64,000 bases of DNA from an uncultured Gammaproteobacteria bacterium (GCA_964435035.1 CAYSXR010000001.1:144192-208191); one strand, 5' to 3'; shown: positions 10,885 through 19,783, counted from the stretch's first letter. Program-made: numbers and translations. Notes: generated by a model not told the origin, from the sequence alone.

Positions 10885-10915
10885 ACACACCTGAATTCAG
10901 GTGTGTTTATTTTTG
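10885..10915 (+). terminator. Rho-independent terminator
   Basis: Perfect 22-bp palindrome acacacctgaattcaggtgtgt followed by a T-run. Confidence 0.8.
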
Positions 10916-10963
10916 ATCAACAAATTATGGTATACTGTATTTATTAACTTTGTATGCCTGTCT

Positions 10964-11290
10964 ATGTTTGAAACTAGCCGCGACTTATTATATGTAGTGC
11001 TCTCACTCGCCATCATCTGGTTTACGGTATTTTTGTGCTGGCTCATGTATCAGGCAGGTAGAACACTTCGAAATGTAAATAGAATTGTAGAAACTGCGCT
11101 TGAAAAGATGGAATTGATATCTACCGCAGTAGAATTTATACGAAAAAAAGTAGATAATATGTCGAGTCACCTCGGAGCAGTGTCAGGAATTGCATCAGGG
11201 TTATTTGAAAAGTTCGTGGTAAGTAAGTTGTCTGACAAACTGGATGAAAAACTTTCAGGAAAGAAAGGAAAATCTAGAAAAGAAGATTAA
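10964..11290 (+). CDS. Small membrane protein, hypothetical
   Basis: The ORF-track start at 10901 (GTG) lies inside the upstream terminator. ATG 10964 follows an extended -10 (tggtatact). One TM helix plus an amphipathic tail. Confidence 0.55.
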   Translation: MFETSRDLLYVVLSLAIIWFTVFLCWLMYQAGRTLRNVNRIVETALEKMELISTAVEFIRKKVDNMSSHLGAVSGIASGLFEKFVVSKLSDKLDEKLSGKKGKSRKED

Positions 11291-11328
11291 TTTACCCGCC
11301 TGTTTAGGGAGGGATTAAAAAAATTTAT

Positions 11329-11895
11329 ATGAGGAGGGGAGCAGCAATCTTTATTTTAATTGGATTGTTTTTTGTGTTTGTAATTAGTGGAGTGGTGTAT
11401 TTTTTGAGTCTCGAAAATACGCGCACTTCTGAAACAACGGACGTCCCAGTTGTCTCGGGAGTTCTTCCACAAGGTGTGCGTATTATCGAAAAAGAAGGTA
11501 ATAGAATATTGAAGGACGAACGAGCGGGTTATGAGATGGAGTTACCAGAAGAAATTAGTGCCGTTGTTGGTAAAGATAATACAGTCTTATTTTATTCCGA
11601 TAGCAGTATTCCCGACTATGGGACAGTACTTGGAGGTATCGGTATTTTTGATAGGGATAATTTATCTCTCGAAGATTGGGTTGCGCGGTTGCACAAAGAA
11701 ACGTTTTTGGTCTTCTTTGAAGAAAGAGAAAGAATTGACAAGGGTGATTTAGAAATTATAAAAATTAAGATGGATGGACCAGGTGAACCTTATGACTATT
11801 TTTTTCTGCATAAGGATAAAATTATTAACGTATCGTGGGTCACAGGGGATTACCTGGATACCTATATTCAAAATATAGTTTTTATGAACTTATAA
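11329..11895 (+). CDS. Hypothetical membrane-anchored protein
   Basis: 188 aa with an N-terminal TM helix and an SD-like gaggagggg just upstream. Confidence 0.6.
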   Translation: MRRGAAIFILIGLFFVFVISGVVYFLSLENTRTSETTDVPVVSGVLPQGVRIIEKEGNRILKDERAGYEMELPEEISAVVGKDNTVLFYSDSSIPDYGTVLGGIGIFDRDNLSLEDWVARLHKETFLVFFEERERIDKGDLEIIKIKMDGPGEPYDYFFLHKDKIINVSWVTGDYLDTYIQNIVFMNL

Positions 11896-11899
11896 TTAT

Positions 11900-14800
11900 A
11901 TGAATAAAAGGAGGGGGAAGAAAACACAATTCTTAAGTTATTTTTTATTCTGCTTATTCATTTCTATTATTTTTGGAAAAAATGCGTTCGCTAGTCAGGA
12001 GATACAAAGGTTTCTTATCTTACCTTTTTCTAGTGAAATAAGGTTATTGCAGGGCTGGGAATATACTATGCTAGTTCGAGGTAATAAGATACATGGAGGG
12101 ATTGATTATGATTGTAATTTAGGAGATCCGATTTATGCATCATATGATGGTGAAGCAATGACATCGGTTCAAGTTGAAAAAAAGTCTGGAGCTGGTTATG
12201 GAAATTTTGTTTTTATAAAACACCATAATGGATATGCAACATTGTATGGACACTTAAACAAAGTTGCAGAACATATTACTTTGTATCCTTCTGGGCTACG
12301 AAGTAATACTAATTATGTTGAATGGACGTCAGTTCTGAAAGGAGATTATATTGGTGACTGCGGGACTTCTGGAACCGACAATGTGCATCTGCATTTTGAA
12401 GTGACTACGGGAAAATATTCAACAGGTAGAATAGATAGCTATGATCTATACAAGACCAAACAATTTTATCCACCGAATGCGTCATACACTACCATGGGGG
12501 AAAAACATTTGTGGATGAGCGATCCTCCCCAATATCTAGAAGCAAAACATGTCGAGAATCAAAAAGGTAGGGCAACTGAAGAAAATAAAAATATTTGGGA
12601 GACAATAAAAGATTGGTTTGCGTCAAAAGAATCTAAGTCAGTTGGTGTGGTGTTAGGTGGAGAAAAAGAGTTACCAGAGAAAAAGGAAGAATTAGGGTTA
12701 TCTTTTGTTGATAGAAAAATTTTTGTATCGTCCACCGCCACCACTGAGGATATCTCAGTGGTGGTACAAGCAAAAAATACTGGTTCAAAAATTTGGAAAA
12801 AACAGGAAATCTCGCTTAATGTAATTGGAGGACGTGAAGCAAATGCGCCATTTAGGCATGCCTCATGGATTACCGATCTGCGTCCTGCGCTTCTCGATAA
12901 TACAGATATAAAACCAGGAGAAACAGGTTCGTTTAGTTTTAGTATTAAAAGTTTGCCTGAAGGTCTACATACAATAAAATTAATGGTAGTAGAAGTGGGG
13001 ACATGGAAACAAATAGGGAGTGAATATGTTGAGATTGAAATATTGGTTGCTAAACCAGTTAAAGAGCTGACTGAAGAGAGCAGAGAAGAGGGAATAGCTG
13101 AAGGAGTTATTCATGGAATAAAAGAATTTGCTGAAACAGTGGTGGACAAGGTGGTCGATGTAATCAAATCAGTACCAAAAATTTTTAGAGGTGGAGGAGG
13201 GAGTGGTGGTTCTCGACAATCGAATGAGAGTGTTGATACTATCACCGAAAGTCCTACTGAAGAAGTGATCCTGATAGAAGAAGATAATATAGTAGATGAA
13301 GATAGTGAAATCGAAAGTGTTTCTGACATGAGTAGAGAAATCATATTCAATGAAATTGCATGGTCCGGGTCAAGTTCGGTCTGCACTGATCGAGAATGGA
13401 TTGAAATATATAATGCATCGAGTACAGTCCTCTCACTTGAAAATTGGAAATTAGATATTTCTACTGCAGAGTCTACAAGTAGTATTGCGTTAGTCGGATC
13501 AATTGAAGCATATGGATATTATCTCATCTCACACGCAAATATATTTTCTTCGTTTATTACAACAGATGCGATATTACCTCAGCAGATACAAATTCCAGAT
13601 AGTGGTGCGAGATTGGTATTAAAAAATCAAGATGGTGAAAACATTGATGAGATAGACCAAACCAATGGGTGGCTTGGTGGAGATATGGGGCAATTCCCAC
13701 ATACGCTTGAGCGTGTTGCATCAAGTACATGGGGCACTAGTAACTCAGTGCGATATGGGGCACAATCAGGCAATTGTGGACAAATCACTGGTAGTCCTCG
13801 AATGGAAAATGATGGATATGCATTTATTTCAGATGCCACGTTGGGCTTTTATTCAAGGAATGTAGAAGGAAATATAATACTTACTCAAGAGGAAAATCCG
13901 TATTTATTTTCTAGTGTTACGATACCAGAAGATGAGGTGGTCGAAATTGGTTCAGGTGTGGTTTTTGTAGGCACTAATCCAGAGTCAAGAATGGTGGTGC
14001 AAGGTGAATTGGTCTTGAAGGGGGAAGAAAATGATCCAGTTGTAGTTACTTCGAGACACGATCATGAAGTTGTGACAACAAGTGCGTTATTTTCTAGTAT
14101 CTTTACCGGAGACTTCGCACAAGCAGGAGATTGGCAAAATATTGAAGTTTTGGAAAGTGGAAAATTAAAGATTGATCACAGTGTGTTGAAATATGGGGGA
14201 AATAAATTTGGTGTGAGTGCATTCTGTCAGGGTTGTAGTCGTTCACAAGTAATTACTAATATTGGTGGTGAGGTTGTATTACAAAATGTTGAAATTGGAA
14301 ATGGATTTGAATTAGGAAGTGGCGCGGGTCCAGATGTACTAGTCTATTCAAACAATGGAACTCTTAACTTACAAAATGTACAACTCCATAATGGAAAACG
14401 GGCGCTGCATAGTGAGGGAAATACAGAAGTTTTAGCGAGGTCTGTAGATGTGCATAATTTTGATTTGTCAGATAAGGTAATATATGTTGAACAGAAAATG
14501 CCTGCTGTATGGGAAGATGTAGATTTTTTAGAAAATACACCCTCGTATGCGTATAGTCCTGCATTAGTTGTAACTAGTTCGTACACACTTTCACCTGATC
14601 ATGCGTTTGAGTTTGGTATGGTATCCATAGAATCAGGTGGAGAGCTTGTGCTCGACGGGGGAAATTTGTATGCGCGTGAAATTACCGTACAAGGAAACTT
14701 GCGTTCTGGTGAAAATGAACACATGAGTGAAATAGCAGGTGGTGTATCACCTTCATCAACATTTTCTCGAATATTATTTTCAGTTGGATCATTGGGTAAT

Positions 14801-15238
14801 CTTGAGAATATAAAAATTCGAGGCGGGGGATATTTTCAAAGTACTTCGGGTTATCCATTTTCTTCACCTCGTCCCTATATGATATGGGTTGATGGGGCGA
14901 CGGTCTCAATTTCGCATTCTCAGTTGATTGATTCAAGACGTCCTGGCGGAATAATGGTAGTTCGAAATGGAAAAGTAGATATACAGGACACGGAGATAGG
15001 ATGGAATAGTGGGTATAATAAATTAAACAGTTTCGTAGAATATGGAATGGTATTGAATACTCAATCAGTTGGTCATATTGAAAATGTAAACTTCAGAAAA
15101 ATGGATTATGTGGTCGAATTGAATCAAGGGTCAACTGTAACCTTTGATCGGATGAGTAAAGCAAATTTGATTGATTTGTATCCTGCATTTTTTCCGAGCA
15201 AAAATTGGTTCCCGACAAGTATATTTCCATTTCAATAG
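11900..15238 (+). CDS. Secreted M23 peptidase fused to a lamin-tail (LTD) domain and a beta-helix region
   Basis: Signal peptide. M23 motifs HGGIDYD (HxxxD) and HLHFEV (HxH). LTD-like segment IIFNEIAWSGSS...EWIEIYNAS...LENWKL. Long C-terminal repetitive beta-rich region. Confidence 0.8.
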   Translation: MNKRRGKKTQFLSYFLFCLFISIIFGKNAFASQEIQRFLILPFSSEIRLLQGWEYTMLVRGNKIHGGIDYDCNLGDPIYASYDGEAMTSVQVEKKSGAGYGNFVFIKHHNGYATLYGHLNKVAEHITLYPSGLRSNTNYVEWTSVLKGDYIGDCGTSGTDNVHLHFEVTTGKYSTGRIDSYDLYKTKQFYPPNASYTTMGEKHLWMSDPPQYLEAKHVENQKGRATEENKNIWETIKDWFASKESKSVGVVLGGEKELPEKKEELGLSFVDRKIFVSSTATTEDISVVVQAKNTGSKIWKKQEISLNVIGGREANAPFRHASWITDLRPALLDNTDIKPGETGSFSFSIKSLPEGLHTIKLMVVEVGTWKQIGSEYVEIEILVAKPVKELTEESREEGIAEGVIHGIKEFAETVVDKVVDVIKSVPKIFRGGGGSGGSRQSNESVDTITESPTEEVILIEEDNIVDEDSEIESVSDMSREIIFNEIAWSGSSSVCTDREWIEIYNASSTVLSLENWKLDISTAESTSSIALVGSIEAYGYYLISHANIFSSFITTDAILPQQIQIPDSGARLVLKNQDGENIDEIDQTNGWLGGDMGQFPHTLERVASSTWGTSNSVRYGAQSGNCGQITGSPRMENDGYAFISDATLGFYSRNVEGNIILTQEENPYLFSSVTIPEDEVVEIGSGVVFVGTNPESRMVVQGELVLKGEENDPVVVTSRHDHEVVTTSALFSSIFTGDFAQAGDWQNIEVLESGKLKIDHSVLKYGGNKFGVSAFCQGCSRSQVITNIGGEVVLQNVEIGNGFELGSGAGPDVLVYSNNGTLNLQNVQLHNGKRALHSEGNTEVLARSVDVHNFDLSDKVIYVEQKMPAVWEDVDFLENTPSYAYSPALVVTSSYTLSPDHAFEFGMVSIESGGELVLDGGNLYAREITVQGNLRSGENEHMSEIAGGVSPSSTFSRILFSVGSLGNLENIKIRGGGYFQSTSGYPFSSPRPYMIWVDGATVSISHSQLIDSRRPGGIMVVRNGKVDIQDTEIGWNSGYNKLNSFVEYGMVLNTQSVGHIENVNFRKMDYVVELNQGSTVTFDRMSKANLIDLYPAFFPSKNWFPTSIFPFQ

Positions 15239-15324
15239 TAGTCGTTGAGGATTTGTTAAGGGGTATTTTGTATATAGAAATGCATTTTTTTGGCTTATTT
15301 TAGGGAAATTATAGTACAAAAGTA

Positions 15325-15353
15325 TTGACAAATTGTCTCACGTGTGATACTAT
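15325..15353 (+). promoter_or_regulatory. Sigma70-type promoter (TTGACA-17-TACTAT)
   Basis: ttgaca at 15325-15330, a 17-nt spacer, then tactat at 15348-15353. Located 78 nt upstream of the GC-rich CDS at 15431. Confidence 0.6.
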
Positions 15354-15430
15354 TTTACATTCCAAGTGAAGAGGCGTCTGCCTTTTTACCTCTGGGATAT
15401 AACAAGATCCTTAGGTTATAGGTGTAACTC

Positions 15431-15772
15431 ATGGCTCGTTTGATCGACATGTACTTCACTGCCCCCGTGGTCAACCACTGGACTACCTTCTACGAGAAGG
15501 CGTTCATGGGGGAGCTGATCATGGTTTACATCCATGGGGTGGGACGTCGCTGGGTACTTCTCCAGGACTTTCGCAGTAACGAGGAGGCTAAGAAACTTGA
15601 GTTCAGGGTACAGATTGTGCCGGAGCCGGGTAAAAAAAACCGGGACTCGATACCAAACAGCTGGTTTACTGGCACCTACTCCTGGGAGACCAACGATGGT
15701 TACCTCAAACTGCCGTCGGTTATGCGGCCATTGCCGTCGGTTATCCTCTCAAGCTGGATCAACCACGCCTGA
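15431..15772 (+). CDS. Hypothetical protein, GC-rich islet gene 1
   Basis: 113-aa ORF with GC-biased codons unlike its neighbours. Own promoter and downstream terminator. No recognised motif. Confidence 0.55.
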   Translation: MARLIDMYFTAPVVNHWTTFYEKAFMGELIMVYIHGVGRRWVLLQDFRSNEEAKKLEFRVQIVPEPGKKNRDSIPNSWFTGTYSWETNDGYLKLPSVMRPLPSVILSSWINHA

Positions 15773-15784
15773 GGCAATAGCACA

Positions 15785-15841
15785 CCCGACGCGTGCACAA
15801 GATTTGTTCCCACATGGGCACAAAATCGCGCACGCGTCGGG
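15785..15841. repeat. Nested GC-rich inverted repeat (cruciform/hairpin)
   Basis: Perfect 12-bp arms cccgacgcgtgc / gcacgcgtcggg enclose an inner hairpin tttgttccca-ca-tgggcacaaa. Confidence 0.7.
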
Positions 15842-15849
15842 AACAATCT

Positions 15850-15880
15850 ACCCTATACCATGATTGGTATGGGGTTTTTG
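15850..15880 (+). terminator. Rho-independent terminator
   Basis: accctatacca-tga-ttggtatggggt hairpin followed by ttttt. Confidence 0.65.
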
Positions 15881-15975
15881 TTTACAAAAATATTTTTTAC
15901 ACGTAAAATATCTCACGTTGATTCTGCAATACATAGTGCAGAAATGGCTCCATCGAAAAAGAGGGGGTTCGCAAA

Positions 15976-16392
15976 ATGGTCTACGATAAAAAATACTCGG
16001 TCGTGCACGAATGGCTGAGACGATTCAATCTGCATGAGGTGGAAGGTCTCCTGGAGCTCTACGTTGAGAAGCCCGCTCATACCTCTATGGATATCAAAAA
16101 AGCACACCCGAAGACGTACGGCACTATCTATGGAAGGACCCCGCTGTCCCAGTGGTGGTACCGGTGCTTCGAGTGCGATCCGAATCTCAGGTACGAGATG
16201 GATCTGTACCTCTCGTCTGGAGGAGACACTGCAGTACTCGTCTACTTCGAGGGGGTCGGTGGTGGAAATCCTCCAGCACATCGGATGATCACCTTCACCT
16301 TCGAGGGTCTCCTGATCAAGAGTACGAAGACTGAAGATGTGGACGATCATAGTTCACACATTCGTGGTGCAATCAACCCACGAGCCAACTGA
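15976..16392 (+). CDS. NTF2/SnoaL-like fold protein (tentative), GC-rich islet gene 2
   Basis: 138 aa. The N-terminus EWLRRFNLHEVEGLLELYVEKP resembles the SnoaL/NTF2-like helix pattern. SD agaggggg and a tttaca-17-taaaat promoter lie upstream. Preferred over the antisense ORF 15913-16350. Confidence 0.5.
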   Translation: MVYDKKYSVVHEWLRRFNLHEVEGLLELYVEKPAHTSMDIKKAHPKTYGTIYGRTPLSQWWYRCFECDPNLRYEMDLYLSSGGDTAVLVYFEGVGGGNPPAHRMITFTFEGLLIKSTKTEDVDDHSSHIRGAINPRAN

Positions 16393-16533
16393 GTCTCACG
16401 GGGGGCACACTGACAAAAATAGCCCCCCAACCTGTACATATTGGTATATAGCAAGTATCTACAGGTTGGGAGGGAAAATGGGCTATGTTGTGATGCATGT
16501 AGTGCTACCCGATGCGTATCGTATTGATTAGAT

Positions 16534-16569
16534 ACAATAAAACTCTGAGTAATTTCAGAGTTTTATTGT
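16534..16569. terminator. Hairpin terminator between GC-rich islet and tRNA-Lys
   Basis: acaataaaactctga-gtaatt-tcagagttttattgt, with a T-run on the plus strand. Confidence 0.6.
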
Positions 16570-16574
16570 TTTTG

Positions 16575-16647
16575 TGACCCCGGTGGGGATCGAACCCACG
16601 ACCATTGGCTTAAAAGGCCACTGCTCTACCAGCTGAGCTACAGGGTC
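16575..16647 (-). tRNA. tRNA-Lys (anticodon UUU)
   Basis: The reverse complement folds as a cloverleaf: GACCCUG acceptor, GCUCAGCUGGUAGAGC D-arm, anticodon loop CUUUUAA, GGUUCGAUCC T-arm. CCA is not encoded. Confidence 0.9.
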
Positions 16648-16650
16648 TTA

Positions 16651-16736
16651 AATTAGTTCATAGCTAATAGCAAGAAAGTTCATAGGAAAATACAAATTCG
16701 TATTTCCATTGGCTATCCATCTATTGGCTATGAACT
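16651..16736. repeat. Palindromic intergenic repeat (family B, copy 1)
   Basis: agttcatagc ... gctatgaact are 10-bp arms. Shares aattagttcatag, agcaagaaag and ctattggctatga with the reverse complement of 34224-34297. Confidence 0.65.
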
Positions 16737-16794
16737 ACGAGAGACGCGAATATGATATACTAAGTAAACATAAAAGTCAAGTAAACTTTATCTC

Positions 16795-19470
16795 ATGAAA
16801 AAACAAGATTTTCATTCATTAAGTATCGCACATTCGCTCGATATTTTAAAGAGCAGTAAACAAGGCATCACTCATGAGGAGGCACGCCGACGACTGCAGG
16901 TCAACGGTAAAAATGAAATTCCCTCGGGAGATCGGGATGTTACTGGTTGGAAAATCTTTGGTGAGCAATTTGCAAGTCCACTTATTATTATTCTGATTGT
17001 TGCAACAGCAATCAGTTTTTTGCTCGGCGAATGGGTCGATGTAATGGTGATCGGTATAACTATCGGAGTAAATGTATTGGTTGGGTTTATTCAAGAATAT
17101 CAGGCAAATGCAGCACTTAAAAAACTGAAAAACATGGTGACGTATAATGCGACTGTAATTCGAAAAGGAGAATCAATGCGCATACCAAGTCGGGAAATAG
17201 TAGTAGGGGATATCATGATTATTCTTGCTGGGGACAAAATTCAAGCTGATGGTCGAGTAATTGAAGTGTCTGAATGCGAAGTAAATGAGTCTGTTCTCAC
17301 TGGTGAAGTAGAACCACAGAAAAAAATAAGCAATACGGTTCTCAAGAAACATATTCCCATAGCAGATCGAATGAATATGGTGTACCGTGGTACAGTCGTT
17401 ACTCGCGGGCGTGCACAGGTGGTAGTGACTGCAATTGGTGGGTCTACTGAAATTGGAAAAATCGCTGAGATGGTTGGAAGTATGGATGAGGAGTCTACTC
17501 CGTTGCAAAAACAAATTTCAAAATTAGGGAAAACATTAGGTGTATTGGTGGTAGTTATGTGCACAGGCATTCTCATGCTGGGATTTTTTTTACAATCTGA
17601 ACATAGTGAAAAAGGAATTGAATTATTTAAGACAGCGGTCGCAGTTGCAGTGGCTGCTATTCCTGAAGGATTGGCAATTTCAATGACTATTATTCTTGCA
17701 ATCGGAATGAAAAATATTCTCAAAAGAAAAGCGTTGGTCCGGAAATTACTTGCCGCAGAAACACTAGGTTCGGTTTCGGTGATTTGTACAGATAAAACAG
17801 GTACCTTGACTGAAGGAAATATGTCAGTCGTAAAAATAGTCACATCCCGTGCAGTATTTGGTGCATCAGATTTTATTGGTAAAGAGATAGGCGATGATTC
17901 TCTGGAACATGACGCGAGATATGCACTCAAGCTAGGAATACTCTGTAATGATGGGATGATTGAAAATTATACTAAGCCAGAAAGCGAATGGACAGTATCT
18001 GGAAATCTTACTGATTCCGCACTCATACGTTATGGTGCAAAAATAGGGTTATATAAGACTGAACTCGATCATGTATACGAACGCTTATCTGATATTCCGT
18101 TTGATAGTAAGAAGAAATACATGGGGGTATTAACTAATGAAAGCACTTCTCGGCTGGTGATTATGAAGGGTGCCCCTGAAAAAATGTATTCACGTGTGCG
18201 TTCGTATCAAGCTGAAGGAAAAGTATATGCGTGGGGTAAAAAAATTGAAGAGTATATTAAAGAAAAAGAAAGAGCACTTACAGGGGAAGGACTGCGAGTC
18301 ATCGGGGTGGCGTATAAAGAAACATATTCAGGAAAAAGAGTAGTAACTGAACATGATTTTTCTGACTTGGTATTTGTAGGATTGATTGCGTTTGCAGATC
18401 CACTACGGTCAGACGTACCGAAGACTGTTCAGGCTGCAAAGAAAGCTGGAATTCGGGTTATTATGATGACCGGAGATCATGCAGTGACTGCACATACGAT
18501 TGCGCAAAGTGCGGGAATAGGCGGACGTTTAGAGCGAGTTTGTGAGGGGGTTGAATTAGATCTATTATCTGATCGTGAATTGGAAGAAAAAATTAAAAAT
18601 ACTTCAGTATTTGCACGGGTTGAACCAAAACATAAAATGAGAGTAATCCAGACACTTCAATCAGAGGGGCATGTAGTCGCTATGACGGGGGACGGAGTAA
18701 ATGATGCTCCAGCACTTAAAGCTGCTGATATTGGGGTTGCAGTAGGGTCAGGAACTGATGTGGCAAAAGAAATTGCTGATGTAATTTTATTAGATAATTC
18801 ATTTACGACGATTGTGTCATCAGTCGAAGAAGGAAGGGGGATTTATCAGAACATTAAAAAAGTGGTGTTATATTTACTTTCCAGTAGTTTTTCCGAAGTA
18901 TTGTTGATTGCTTCAAGTATTATCGCGGGCATGCCACTACCAGTACTTCCAGTGCAGATTTTGTGGGTCAATTTGATCCAAGATACCTTTCCGGTAATTG
19001 CACTTGCCTTTGACCGTGGGAGTACACAGGTTATGGAAGAGCGTCCGCGCAAAAGAAATGCACCTATTATTGATCCTGAAATCAGGACCATTATTATTGC
19101 AAAAACAATTTTTGCGAATATTCTTTTATTTGGAATGTTTTTCTATTTTCATACCACAAGTGACGATATCGCACATACTCGCACCATCATGTTCCTCGCG
19201 TTTGCAGTGAATTCGCTGTTCTATATTTATGCAATTAGGGATTTAAGAAAACCAATGATTAAAATGCGATGGTTTGATAATCACTATCTCACGGCTGCGG
19301 TAATTTTTGGGTGGACGATGTTACTTCTTGCTACCTACGTCGCGCCATTCCAGAAAATTTTACACACGGTCCCACTGGGTGTGAATGAGTGGATCATATT
19401 GCTCGGATTCGGTGTAGCAAATTTGTTATTTATAGAAATACTCAAAGTAGTGATGAATAGAAAAAAGTAA
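16795..19470 (+). CDS. Cation-transporting P-type ATPase (P2, Ca2+/Mg2+-type)
   Basis: 891 aa with the phosphorylation motif ICTDKTGTLT, TGE loop, MTGDGVNDAPALKAADIGVAVG hinge and about 10 TM helices. Confidence 0.9.
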   Translation: MKKQDFHSLSIAHSLDILKSSKQGITHEEARRRLQVNGKNEIPSGDRDVTGWKIFGEQFASPLIIILIVATAISFLLGEWVDVMVIGITIGVNVLVGFIQEYQANAALKKLKNMVTYNATVIRKGESMRIPSREIVVGDIMIILAGDKIQADGRVIEVSECEVNESVLTGEVEPQKKISNTVLKKHIPIADRMNMVYRGTVVTRGRAQVVVTAIGGSTEIGKIAEMVGSMDEESTPLQKQISKLGKTLGVLVVVMCTGILMLGFFLQSEHSEKGIELFKTAVAVAVAAIPEGLAISMTIILAIGMKNILKRKALVRKLLAAETLGSVSVICTDKTGTLTEGNMSVVKIVTSRAVFGASDFIGKEIGDDSLEHDARYALKLGILCNDGMIENYTKPESEWTVSGNLTDSALIRYGAKIGLYKTELDHVYERLSDIPFDSKKKYMGVLTNESTSRLVIMKGAPEKMYSRVRSYQAEGKVYAWGKKIEEYIKEKERALTGEGLRVIGVAYKETYSGKRVVTEHDFSDLVFVGLIAFADPLRSDVPKTVQAAKKAGIRVIMMTGDHAVTAHTIAQSAGIGGRLERVCEGVELDLLSDRELEEKIKNTSVFARVEPKHKMRVIQTLQSEGHVVAMTGDGVNDAPALKAADIGVAVGSGTDVAKEIADVILLDNSFTTIVSSVEEGRGIYQNIKKVVLYLLSSSFSEVLLIASSIIAGMPLPVLPVQILWVNLIQDTFPVIALAFDRGSTQVMEERPRKRNAPIIDPEIRTIIIAKTIFANILLFGMFFYFHTTSDDIAHTRTIMFLAFAVNSLFYIYAIRDLRKPMIKMRWFDNHYLTAAVIFGWTMLLLATYVAPFQKILHTVPLGVNEWIILLGFGVANLLFIEILKVVMNRKK

Positions 19471-19477
19471 TAATACA

Positions 19478-19549
19478 AAACACCACCTACATCCTCCCTT
19501 TGCTGCTTCAAAATATTTTGGAGCAATAAAGGGTATGCAGGTGGTGTTT
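19478..19549. terminator. Long bidirectional hairpin between convergent genes
   Basis: aaacaccacctacat ... atgcaggtggtgttt arms (one mismatch), with inner cccttt/aaaggg pairing and the palindrome ttcaaaatattttgga. Confidence 0.6.
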
Positions 19550-19582
19550 GAAAACATCCTCCTCATACCTTGTAAAGACTAG

Positions 19583-19783
19583 TCACTCTACGGACTCTCC
19601 TTCGGTAGTGGCTTTCTCCGACTCTGAGTCGGGGTTGGTATCCTGCGGGCGCGCACGAGCGATCGTATCACTCATGGGACGCCGGATACATTTTCCATTT
19701 TTATCGTAGATCCACACTTTGCCGACGCCATTCTCGATCTCAAGGCGCATTGTCTTGCCGTCGGGTCTAGGAAAAAGTCCCAT
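19583..19783 (-). CDS. Small hypothetical protein, GC-rich islet gene 3
   Basis: 66-aa ORF that is GC-richer than its flanks. Strong SD gaggtga sits 6 nt before the ATG, with an AT-rich tttaca...tatact promoter upstream on the minus strand. Confidence 0.45.
   Translation of the reverse strand: MGLFPRPDGKTMRLEIENGVGKVWIYDKNGKCIRRPMSDTIARARPQDTNPDSESEKATTEGESVE

Noticed and set aside
15913-16350. Minus-strand 145-aa ORF as the real gene of the second islet locus.
   Set aside because: The plus-strand frame (15976-16392) has an SD, an upstream promoter, a downstream hairpin and an NTF2/SnoaL-like sequence pattern. The minus frame has none and is typical GC-rich antisense noise.
15240-16647. Classical tRNA-targeted integration of the 15.4-16.4 kb islet, with an att direct repeat of the tRNA-Lys 3' end.
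   Set aside because: I could not find a convincing repeat of the tRNA 3' segment (ggtggggatcgaaccc) near 15.24-15.35 kb, and no integrase is present. I noted the proximity only.
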